This document shows, piece by piece, positions 1 through 12,358 of a stretch of DNA of 64,000 nucleotides. The DNA lies in NCBI GenBank assembly GCA_965235115.1, contig OZ249438.1:18104001-18168000 (forward strand), given 5' to 3'. Within the stretch, counting starts at the first letter, position 1; each line of letters opens with the position of its first letter. The translations under genes and the position numbers were made by a program. Under the pieces are notes generated by a model that was not told where the DNA came from, did no database searches, and saw only the letters and a list, made by a program, of their open reading frames with translations. The DNA is from Laetmonice hystrix. Taxonomy: Eukaryota.

Positions 1-640
1 CTGATAGCCCCTAACGTGAGTATCATATTAACTGACATATCAATACAGGAGGTTGCTGATTCTCAACCTGTCACTGCCGACAATGGTAGTTAAGGATAAC
101 ATTCCCCATAATCTATACATGTATGTATATCGCTTTACATTATTCTTTAAAGCAGACACGATATTGAGGCCGTGGACCGACAGGCTGGGACGCTGACGCA
201 GCCAACTGACGGGTTGGAGACAAAGCTTACATAGTGGGCATTCTCTCTTTGCGATGTGCAGCTGAGATTTCCATTTCCAGATAACCGTTTGACGATAACT
301 TTACTGGTCAATAGCAATTACTCCGCTTTCGTAAGAAGTGGTTTTCTATGAAAAAAAACGCGGTTAAGATTGGGGAAAATCAGCACTTGCTTTTAAGCAG
401 TTGAAGAGTAGCCAACCAGGGACCATAAACTTTAATATATCATTAGAAACCAAGTCAAAGTAATTCTCAGAAGACACTATCCCAAAAGAGTGGTCGCTGA
501 TCTTTCATTGCCCAGCGGATAGTGAAGTTTGGCAAATACTCCTTACATTCAGACAGCTCTCAAGTAATGTGAGGTACCTCAAGAGTTAGCAATTTAATCT
601 GTGCTGGTAGTATACATTATGATTACTTAATCATTCCAAC

Positions 641-1727
641 ATGAAGCTAGCGATACAAATACTGTGAGCCACTCCATCGTTAGGCTAGCGATACAAAGTC
701 TGTGCCACTCCATCGTGAGGCTAGCGACACAAAGTCTGTGCCACTCCATCATGAGGCTAACGACACAAAGTCTGTGTGCCACTCCATCGTGAGGCTAGCA
801 ACACAAAGTCTGTACACGTGCCACTCCATCGTGAGGCTAGCAACACAAAGTCTGTGTCACTCCATCGTGAGGCTAGCGACACAAAGTCTGTGTGCCACTC
901 CATCGTGAGGCTAACGACACAAAGTCTGTGTGACACTCCATCATGAGGCTAGCGACACAAAGTCTGTGTGCCACTCCATCGTGAGGCTAACGACACAAAG
1001 TCTGTGTGACACTCCATCATGAGGCTAGCGACACAAAGTCTGTGTGCCACTCCATCGTGAGGCTAACGACACAAAGTCTGTGCCACTCCATCATGAGGCT
1101 AGCGACACAAAGTCTGTGTGCCACTCCATCGTTAGGCTAGCGACACAAAGTCTGTGTGCCACTCCATCGTGAGGCTAGCAACACAAAGTCTGTGTCACTC
1201 CATCGTGAGGCTAGCGACACAAAGTCTGTGTGCCACTCCATCGTGAGGCTAGCAACACAAAGTCTGTGTGCCACTCCATCGTGAGGCTAACGACACAAAG
1301 TCTGTGCCACTCCATCGTGAGGCTAGCGACACAAAGTCTGTGTGCCACTCCATCGTGAGGCTAGCGACACAAAGTCTGTGTGCCACTCCATCGTTAGGCT
1401 AGCGACACAAAGTCTGTGTGCCACTCCATCGTGAGGCTAGCGACACAAAGTCTGTGCCACTCCATCGTGAGGCTAGCGACACAAAGTCTGTGTGCCACTC
1501 CATCGTGAGGCTAGCAACACAAAGTCTGTGTCACTCCATCGTGAGGCTAGCGACACAAAGTCTGTGTGCCACTCCATCGTGAGGCTAGCGACACAAGCCC
1601 ATGTGTCACTCCATCGTGAGGCTAGCAACACAAAGTCTGTACACGTGCCACTCCATCGTGAGGCTAGCGACACAAAGTCTGTGCCACTCCATCATGAGGC
1701 TAGCGACACAAAGTCTGTGTGCCACTC
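641..1727. repeat. Minisatellite, 31-33 bp unit GTGCCACTCCATCGTGAGGCTAGCGACACAAAGTCT(GT), about 33 copies
   Basis: Direct reading of tandem units with +/-GT length variants. It explains the ORFs at 702-908, 1473-1673 and 1492-1752. Confidence 0.97.
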
Positions 1728-4700
1728 TCGTCACATCGTGACCACAAACTAATCAATCTAACCACAAGGCATGATGCAGGAAGTATTGACACCCACTTCA
1801 TCTGGGAATTGTTAAGTTAGCTCAATATGTAGTTCATTACAACTTTGCATTGTGCCTGCCGCTGCAAGTTGTGTGGATTTGGATACATGTCGTGACTCCT
1901 GGGAATAACGTTGAAACCTCCTCAAAGTAATGAAAGAAAGCGAACCGTGTAGCACTTAGCGCCAGTGGATTTTCACAGTCAGAATACATAGTGCTACCAG
2001 AACGCTAATCTCAAACCGTAAAAACTGCTCAAGTTCATATAGCAGACTGATGGTGGTTAAGAGTTGGCGTGACCCTCTCTTTGAACTGGATGTTCAGGGT
2101 CGTCTCCGCCCATTCCCAACCTCGACCCAAGCTAAGGCATTTGCTGATGTACACTTTACTCCTTACTTATTGAGAGGACCCTTCCCTGGCATCAAGGAGC
2201 CCTTACTGAAGCCAATAATAGGTGTGTCTGAGAGGGGATGCACTGCAGAAATAACGTGAAAGAAAACATGGGGAAGGGGCAGAAACACACACAAATAATG
2301 TGAGGCTGTCACAATAAATAAGCGCTACAAAAACCAAGCAATACATTGTTAACAGTCAAATTCATGTGGGCTAAAACCTATATAATAAATTCACCATATC
2401 ATTGGTAGTAAAATGATGAAAATGTAAAAACTGTTAATATTAGATGCTGGATGAGTTGTCTACTACAGTCCCAGCCCTAGGATACAATTAAAAGCATCAC
2501 CATTTGAACAAGCCACCCTATTTACATTGGAAACCCTTCTTTCACACAACACAGTTGGCCTATCCCTAGTCAACACCAATGTCTCGCTAGCCATTCTCTG
2601 GGTGTACACGGTTGCTTCTTCTGAAGCAGAATGCTCCTCTAATGAACACAATGCCAACTACACAAGATTCTATCCAAAGTTGGTCACTCAAAATGAAGTG
2701 CCATTAAACCACACTTGCCATGAGTCACTCAAGATAAACTGGATGTTCCCTGAGCCGAGCCATCCAGGCAAACGAGTTGCTCTATTTGTGCACACAGTAT
2801 GCAAAGTAATTCAAAGACCTCTAAAGGAAAAATATGTTCAAACACTGGTAAAGGGTACATGGACCCCCTAACAAGTCACGCTGTTATTAGAATTATTATA
2901 TACAAAACAAATCAAAGACATGCTCAAAATGAGTCGAATAACCATCTCAACTGATCGGGATAGGGTAATTCGTATATCAGTTCACAGCAGATTGGGAAAA
3001 AACACAAATGGTCAACATTCAATTACAAAATCTGTACTTAACCTAACTTAAAAGATGACGGTAAATAAATGGCTATTGCTGTAGGATTCTAGTTGAACAA
3101 CTAGTGGCAATCACAGACACACTGCATTGTTATATTTGGCCTAAACAAAAACAAGTAAAACAGTTGACTAGGTCAGTCCAGCCTATATCGCCATCAAGCT
3201 ATGTACTGTGAACAAGGGCATGGTGTGGTGCAGCATCTGTATACAGCTGTCAAACATTGATATCGCCATGGAGAAGATTTCACACAGTGTGTCGTGGGAC
3301 ACGACTGGCTAGATATGTTCAGCGTGGAGCGGTGCGCTCATACCGTTCGCTACCTATATATTGGAGGTGTATGTGTCCATATATGTCTGGTATATGTAGA
3401 CAAGTCTAGAGGGTTTGCTATGGACGGAAAACTCTACTTGGAACTGACACTTTGCTGCAGCCTGTGGAGTGGATATATGGTTATACATGTCACACTTGGC
3501 TAACCATCTCCATTATTACGTGTACTACTTCGATACATTCTATCACTCAATCACATGTTCCTAGAGGAAGCTGGAACTAGGTCATGGCTAACTAGGTCAG
3601 GTCAAAGTTGATTAACAGTCTACAGTTCATGATATACATGTACATCGGTGTATCTAATTACACCCTTTAACAAGGATTCATCCTAATCACGCAGATATAA
3701 GATACATTGTCTTTTACAGGAATGGACCCGTATAGAGCGCCACCTGGTGCACTGCAAACAAAGGTAATCCGGCAACACAATCGGCACCTACCGTGGACGT
3801 CGACATAGCAACAGTAGGTGACCCTACACATGTGAAAACACATACGTGCTCATATGACACTATGATACTGAAGATAATTAGAGATGAAAATGAAACACAC
3901 GAACCTTAATATGTCATCACCCACGTATATAAAAGGTAACCTTAGTGGGTAGTGAATCTATTCAACAAAAAGCACTGGAAACTTAGTACATGTAAATGTT
4001 TCTGGGCACTGATGAACACTGTCGGCACGACCATTGTCCAACCCCCAGTCTTTTTTCGTCTTCCTCTTTCTTTTGGTTTGTTTTGTTTCATATTGAGTAA
4101 TTAACGCTAAAAAAGCCGATCATAATTATGCCCATCACGTGACAACCTAACAAGATCTTGATTTTTGTTGTTCCATGTGAGAACATCGTTAACGGTAGAA
4201 TGAAGTAGATGATTTCTGAATAAAATGTTGTTCAGCTGATCTCAGGTCAGCTAACGTCCCGTAGAAAACAAAAATATCAGGTGTCAATGGTAAAGTACGA
4301 GGTACAATCATCGAAAGGTCGTCCGACTTGGTATTACATCATTCCACAGTCACACTTACATATGGTCTTCAATAATATTATTTATTTATTTCATTGGTAT
4401 TTACTTATAATTTTATTTCTTGCTTTTTTTCCCTTTTTTTCACATTTACGTGTTTGGGTGTTTGGGTTGGTGTTTGAGTTGGTGGGTGAGTCGTTATCTT
4501 CCTTAGTATCCAGATACCGGGTAGATTATAAGATTCAGAGTGTGGCTCGTGAGGAGAACTATTTGCCCCCTTCCTGCGATAGTAGAGACTCCTGAACGCC
4601 CAGCCCAGAGTTCTACTTGGTGATAACACCTAACAAGTCCTCAGTGGGTCTGTGTAACTTTGCTAGGTGGGTCGTGAACAGATACACATATATTGCTCCA

Positions 4701-7700
4701 TACCTCTATATAATTATATACATATCTAGGACATGATCACAATACACTTGGGCCTCTTGCCAAATATAACATTTAACTTCACACCCTGCAGAGACCCTGC
4801 TTGGAACCTACACATGTGCCTCGAGGCTTGATTATAGTGTGGACCACAGCTCAGTGTGGAGTGCTCCACATGTCGGCATACACGGGACATGTTACAAATC
4901 AGTATAATGTCACCTAAGGCCAATCCAGACTTGGTAATTTTGTAGGTTAGCACTAGGTGAATCCTTCATATATTATAGTGTGGCTACTGTTATCTAGAGT
5001 ACAGAGCGGTGGTTAATTAACGCGGGTGTATAATAATCAAGCTAACTTTCTCTGGTACTCGCACCCTTCCAATCTTATTGCTTGATCCTATCAGCACCGC
5101 TTGACAAGGCTGCGAACCAAACGTGCAACAGATCGGCCACTCGAACCGTGAAAATGGCATTACCCGTCTCTCAAATACATACAAATTGACTACTTATATG
5201 TGGATTTTCTTCGCTACATGACATAAGTAACTGAAAAACCAATTTCAAATATATGGGCTACTTCACAATTTAGAGCACATGGAATGTGTGTGTACACGTG
5301 AGACAAGTTGAGGTTTTACTGTAGTGCATTTTGCTCTCCTGTGATATACACGCGTATACTGCTGCTGATTCTGTTCTCAGTTAACGTAGAACTGGCCTTT
5401 TTGTGGACGTATATCCTTGTCCTATATTGTACTAACTTTGCTGAAGTTTGTTGGGCCAAAGGTGTCGCGAGCTGTGATTAAATATAAATGTATTTACATT
5501 GTATGCCGATTGCTCTGCTAATTCCCACTGTCCACTGTGAAGCAGCTGCACTGTATGGGAACACTTTAGTACTGGCCTTGACCGCCTGGTGGCGGTGGTC
5601 TTTACCTTTGGCACCTTCCTGAAAGACGATGATACTCTGTGACTGTGTACTCTGACGGTACCTCAGTCAGGTGAACAATATCTGCCAGATTGTGGCCACC
5701 AGCAGGGCGCATGGGTTGTTTACCAGCCCTTGTATGTAAGGTAACCTGTATACATGAGTGCTTGGATCAAAACCTCACTTCTCCTGTTAAACGTCATAAC
5801 TGGCTGCCTTTTGCTGCTAAAAGTAATTGATGGAAGTGTTGCTGCTGGGTTTAGTGTGAATTGTTAACTGCCACTCGTCAAACGGTTTGGTATTGAGTTG
5901 GGCACAGAAGGCATTCAGTGCGGTTTGAAGTATTTTTTTGGAAACCAGCAGCTGTAGCCCAGAACTATTACAATTACCTCTCAGTTACACCCTATATATA
6001 TCGAACACTTAATCACACAGAGGTCATGGCAAGAAGACCTTAAAGAGAAAATCTGCCCAGGCTTGGTCATATTATTTCTAAGAGTACCAGTTATTTAGCA
6101 ATAAGGAACCAGAGATACCACATCTTACCGTTATCATTGTCACTGTCATCAGCTACATCACAGTTCATCCCAATACAGTGTTATTTTGCATCCGTGTGAT
6201 TATAATTTGTATTATATATACATCGTTTTCTTTGTATCTGATGATTTGATTGAGATCGTCAACAATTGCGAAGTATAGATGCTCAGCATTAGCCTTGCAC
6301 TGTGTGCCGCGAAGTGAAGGGGGATAATGTGTTGGTGACTATCTCACCCGACCACACCCATCAGTCTACGACAGGTATGGGCTTCAAACAAAACATTTCT
6401 GCAGTACCTTGTACACACAGCACAGTTAACTATTGCAAAATGCCCAACTGGGCTGGGCAACTTTACAGAAAAGGCACTAACTTCAATATTCTACATCACT
6501 TCCTCCTCGCTCTCTCTCTCACACACACACTCTCTTTTTTCTGTCTCTCTGTCCCTTTCAGCCTGTCCTACTGTCTGTCTTCCTCTCTCACTCAGTCAGA
6601 TAGAACTCTGTACACATTACAGATGTAGTATGTTAAGAACTTTTGCAACCATGAATTGTGTCACATATACAACCGGGGCCCACGTGGTAGTTGAGAAACT
6701 CATCGTTCAATTCCTTGGGATATCTGTTGGAGTGTCAGTTATAATGTTTAACTGATGCAGAATCTAGTTAACTACACTGTCCGTGTAACTTGGAAGAAGA
6801 TCTGCGCGAGTAGACAATAACATTGTAAGCACCTGGTCACCGATCCTGTGAGAGCTTTCAAACACGCTCACACCTGACTTTCAATGACACAACATTTTGC
6901 ATCATGTTGTAATAACAGTGAGCTACAGGATCTAACATCAAACACTGACCGTATGGAAGTCGACTTTTTCAAAGATTAACAAATATCTAGTCCGGTTTCC
7001 ACAGCCATGTTGAACGTAGAACTCCCCTGTTTTTCATGAGACTGGACCTTTTTGTCTGTAATTAGAGCAGAGAGACCTCAAATTTTTTTTTGTAGGTGAA
7101 CTATTGTATTCGGCACTATACTTTACTCCTAACTCGTCTGCACTGATCTCAATTTCAATACTTATAATACTCAAATACCATAATATATCATCTTATTGGC
7201 AACATATTGTTGCATCATATATTAAATTATTACTTTTTTTATATTGCTCGGTTATGGGGCGTTGGAGGGGCAGGAATGGATGCAGAAATGCTCAGAATAC
7301 TATTTTTGTTTTCATCTCAACCTGTCCCATCTCTAAGAAGTGGGGGGGGGGGGGGGGGCTACTCAGATTAGCAGGAGGTGAGGCCACCCTTTGGTGCTAC
7401 AGTCTGGATTGGTCCACTGGCTGTCAATCATCTGCAAAGTGAGCTCCTATTGGCTACATGCACGGACAATGATTACACCCCTGCCATAATTTCATGTTTG
7501 GCATTCTGTGTAGCAACTTCCTAACAACAAACAAATCAACATTATCACCTAGTTTCAATTATGTACACGTTGAAACAAGCCTTGTCAACATTAAAACAAT
7601 CATTTTGATCATGCTACTGACAATTTTTTGGATGTAATAATTTGTACACTACAGTACTTAATTCAAACGAAGCCTACACTAAGCTTCAATCTGATATCTT

Positions 7701-8095
7701 ATGTACACATTTTCTCCTCAACCTATTTTCTTATTCTTTCTTAAATTGAAATGGAATCATAATCAACACACCAGAGAAACCAACCACTCTTTACACAAAT
7801 CACCAATACAATAATATACAAACATTCAACTGTGAATGTGGGGCAACAGTCTTTTTTTTTTAGCCCTTCTTTCCTTTGATATCTTGTGACGTCCTCAGCT
7901 ACCTGTTCAGAAAGCTGCGTACGATGGACCTTGACTAGGTTCAAACATTCGCACCTCTGTCTCGTCCCCTGCTGCTGCTGCTGCTGCTGCCATGCCAGCC
8001 AGGTGCGGATAGATACAAAGGTATGCAACTGTAGGATGCAGAGGAGAATGCTGCCCTTAGGTTTTTGTGGAGTTGCAACGAGCATGCACTCAACA

Positions 8096-8516
8096 CAGCG
8101 CCATCTAGTGTGAATAGGTCATACCTTGCCGTGCCGTCACCTGTACTAATGTCTGGACCAATCGATCGGTGGCGACAAACATGGCTTGTTGCACTGCGCT
8201 ACTGACGTACGATGGTTGCCCAATGAACGGGTGAAGATGTGTTCATTATATATCATATACAACTCGAACTGCAAGATCCTATACACAACTGACAAGTGCA
8301 CTAGATGTGTGCATATCGTCGGTTTCCTGAGCTACAGGTCACGTAATACTACTGGTGCACCCAGCCAACAACGTCAGAGTCAGCACGCCATCACTGCAGA
8401 GAACAATGCCTAGGCCACCATCGTCACACAGTCCTTCTTTGGTCTTTTTGACATCCCGATGGTGATCAGAACCGGTGGCGCCATCTGTCCAGGACTGTGG
8501 CTCCACCTAGTGGAGG
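8096..8516 (-). promoter_or_regulatory. Cluster of CTCF-like motifs just downstream of the stop codon
   Basis: Minus strand reads CACTAGATGGCGCTG (8110-8096), GGACAGATGGCGCC (8490-8477) and CCTCCACTAGGTGGAGCC (8516-8499). Confidence 0.45.
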
Positions 8517-8626
8517 CCGGACAGTACTTGCACAGCCCTGTTCTGTGAGTCAGTCAGTCGCTGTTGTTGCATCTCCACATTTTCCAGAATGGCTGGTCAG
8601 CCACAGCTGCCTAGTAGCGGCCATTG

Positions 8627-8874
8627 TTATGTGCTGACGGCATACTCGAGCATCTCTGACAAAAGTTTGTGCAGTGGCACGCGGCCGCCTTTCTTCACGT
8701 TGAACCAGTACTCCTTGGCTAAGATCTTCTCGTGCATCAGTATAGGCAATGAGAGCAGCAGGTTGCCCACTCGTCGTATATGGGTTGATGTTCTTGGACG
8801 TTCGTATTCAATCAAGGCGTCGTGCATTCGATCCCGCATTGACTGCACCAGTTCGGAATTGTCAACGTTGGCAT
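8627..8874 (-). CDS. ERR: NR3/ERR-like nuclear receptor, terminal coding exon (helices 9-12, AF-2) with TAA stop
   Basis: Acceptor ttttttcag|AT GCC. It translates as DANVDNSELVQSMRDRMHDALIEYERPRTSTHIRRVGNLLLSLPILMHEKILAKEYWFNVKKGGRVPLHKLLSEMLEYAVST*. The C-terminus resembles ERR GKVPMHKLFLEML. The stop codon is at 8629-8627. Confidence 0.95.
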
Positions 8875-10650
8875 CTGAAAAAAACCACAATAAAACAGAA
8901 ACATTAGGAAGCTATCATCTTAGTGTAAAAAACCCTGACATAATTGTGGTAAGCCAAGGGGCTTTACCTGTAATGACTACAGAATACATGTATCTTTGCA
9001 TTCAGTTGATATGAATTACAATGTGATTGTGTTTGGTGCCGTTTTGCCCGGTGGCAACAAGTAACCTCCGGTACGTTACGGAACATATACAATAGTGGGT
9101 TAATCTTGGCCTTGGATGTACTGATGATTACCAACAACATTTTGTTTACCTCCGCGCCCCCCTCCCCCCCCCCCCCCCCACACACACACACCCGTACCTG
9201 CAGTACCTCTTTCTATCTGCTACCTGTACGCCTTGAGGTGTTTAAGATAAGATTGTATGAATTACGGTATTCTTGTCTATGAAAACCCTGACAAACAAAA
9301 AGCTTACTATAGAGTGGGTACGCAAAGTCTTTTCAGAGTTGTAATGGATCCAACAGCCATAACGCAGAACATAACGGGAAGTTGGGGAAATATTGACATC
9401 AAGTAGACCGATTCGCTACCACCAGGTGTTTGTATCCAACTATACTGACCCCTCAGTTCCTATCAAGGGCCACGGTCCTCAACTTGAGGATCCATTCTCT
9501 CAATCTCTCTGTCTTTTTTTCGCCTCCCTTGCCTTACAATTTACAAACCATCCCTGGTCTTGCAGTTTATACACGCCTCCTCCCCTCATTGTGGGGTATA
9601 CCTTGAGAGCACCTGTGGATGCAGGCTAAGTACTAACAAACTACATATACGCTACCCAGACACACACCCCAAAAAACCAGCTGAGAGCATCTGGAGGGTG
9701 GAGGTAGAGCCCTCTGGTGGCTTGTGCTGCATTCATTGCGATGAGTTGGCACGCCGATGGGTGGCAGGTGTGATGTGTACACTGCCCTCCACATCCTCTC
9801 TCACACACATCCTCTCTCACACACACCTCACTACCCCAATAAACACCCTATAAATACCAAGTGAAAACAAACCACCATCCAGACATGTCGACAAAAACAT
9901 AGCAAACGACAGGCACTAACAGATGAGGCCCAATGATATGGTAAGGGGGTGTGGTGATGGGAGTTATGGTGTAAACCCATCAACGAGCCCATTGTACAGC
10001 TATACGACACCTTTATCTTCGCTGCTCATCTCACCTCTGTTAAACACACTGAACATATAATCCCTGACGACCTAACCAAACACGTCATATTACACCACCT
10101 TCCATTGTGTAAATAAATCCATTTACGATCCCACCTCCCTCCTCATCCCCCACCACCCACACCCTGTCACCTGTAATCAGTGGGGGGGGGGGGGGGGTCA
10201 ATCAGGTTACATCTTTACTCGCTCCCCACAAACCTCTAATCTCACAGTCATCCTCTCAGAATCCCGTACATAACCACAAATTGGTCTATTCACCGGGCTG
10301 TGGTCTGTTAGAGCCGAGTGAACCACGGCCGTCTGTCGTCGGTCAATCCTCCCCCTCCTCCTCCACAATCCGGCCACCGGCCCGTACCGTGATGAGGTCT
10401 GGTCAGTCAGCCACCCTGTCTTTAAGGCCACTAGATATGTTCACCAATGCATCAAGGATAATGCGGCTGACGCTTACCGGGCCCTCCCGACCCCTGGCCT
10501 TTGGCTGGCAGCACATGGTTACCGCCCTTATTGGGGCCGATATGACGTGGCTGACCGGAAGTTCGACACCCTGGGACCAAGGGCCAGATTTGTCATCAAG
10601 ATACCGAACAGCAGGCTAGAATAACGAGTTAACGGGGCTCACTAATGCTT

Positions 10651-10681
<31 letters not shown>

Positions 10682-10745
10682 GCAGCAGCAGCAGCAGCAG
10701 CTGCAGCAGCAGCAGCTACAGCAACAGCAGGCAGCAGCAGCAGCA
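10651..10745. repeat. Interrupted (CAG)n microsatellite
   Basis: gcagcagcag... run with a few interruptions. Confidence 0.95.
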
Positions 10746-12261
10746 AACTTCTGATAATTCACCATCTTTTACTCTCGGATGCTGAGTCAGAATCTCAAGA
10801 CATTAATACGTCCGTTGTCATCTTGTAATGTTGTATGTTAGGCCTATTTCCATACATCTCCCGATCTGGCAAAATATCAGCAGAATCCATGCTGAGAAAT
10901 ATTACTGAGCTACATGTGCCGACGTACCGTAAAGACAGTGTTTAGATATGGATGGTCCTGATGAAAACACGTTTATGGGGACTAATTATTGTCTCGTTAC
11001 AACAATCCCTGATTGCCGCCCCTCCCCGCCAGTACCCAACGGAAGGCACACCTTGCCAACACCTGCAACCATCACCGGTTCCACTTATTACTGGTCGTGC
11101 GCCCATTAATGTTTCAAACCGCACATCTCAGGCCGGTTCTATTGCCGCCAAGTATGCACGTTGAGCACACAGTGTCGCCCCACCCCCTCCCTGTCCCCGG
11201 CTCACACACCGACACACGCTCAATGCCAGGCACACAGGCCGGCCAGGAGCAACGTACCGCCCGGACCTCGCCTGGCACGGTGGTGACGCTTATCTACGGC
11301 ACTGATAATGGCGGCACCGTGCCGCACATCTCACTCTCTTAGACATGTCTGGATCTTCGTGATAATATGTCTGCTCCGCTAACCATTAGTCCTATTTACA
11401 GTCAAGACTGCTTCGTCGTCCATAGGAGCATAACAAGACGGCGCAGGGGAACGAGGAGAGGGAAATAATAAAAAGAAAGAAGAAGAAAGAAAAAAACTGG
11501 GAGAGAGAGAGAGAAAAGCTTGTGCCTAGCACATGCTAAATACAAATAGGAGTTCCTGAATTCATTGGTACCAGGATTTCCGGTCTGGCCCTGCCGACTC
11601 TGTTCATGACAAGTGACGTTCTCAATCTTCAAACTTGTAAAAATAAAATACATAACACTATTAAGGCTAAAAAAATGGGATGGGAAGGTGGGTTGGCCAC
11701 TCGAAACCACTAAAATACAAATAGACAAATAGTTCTGAATTTACGAACAGTAACTGTTATCTCTTATCTGTTATCCCCCCCCCCCCCCACCATGTATTAA
11801 ATCACTGTCGCACTAAAACTTATGTTACCATCCATTTGTTGTACTTTATTACATAAACAGCCCCGTTAAATCAGATTTCGCTCCAATCTATTTACACTGC
11901 CGCAACCTTACCTCCCAACATTACGTCAGCAGTGCCCCCCCCCTCTATACATTGTCTTCCCTCCACCTAACCCACGGCACCACCACAACAACCAGTCCAC
12001 GAGTACCACCGATTGACCACGGAAACAGAAGAGGTTTGAAGTCGGCTGCCAACCTCTGAATGCAGTACTAATTTCTGCTGCCTGTGTCTCTCTCAGATAG
12101 GACCGTGCCTGTCCACACTGGTGGCAGCCATAGGTTGGTAAAGCTGCCGGAGCTGTGGAGGCTGATTGATTAGAAATCAATGATGGTAGTTGTTAGAGGC
12201 GGCCAGGGCTCCTTCCTCAGTTAGTGTCACATGTCACACCGATCGACACCACCCTTACTTC

Positions 12262-12358
12262 CTGCTGCTGCTGATGCTGCTGCTGCTGCTACTGCTGCTG
12301 TTGCTGCTGCTGCTGTTGCTACTGCTGTTACTGCTACTGCTGCTGCTACTGCTGTTGC
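12262..12358. repeat. Degenerate (CTG/CTA/TTG)n microsatellite
   Basis: ctgctgctg...ctactgctgttg. It explains the poly-Ala ORFs at 12227-12482. Confidence 0.93.

Noticed and set aside
7741-8085. Poly-Gln ORF downstream of the receptor stop codon
   Set aside because: It derives from a short CTG run in probable 3' UTR and has no domain similarity.
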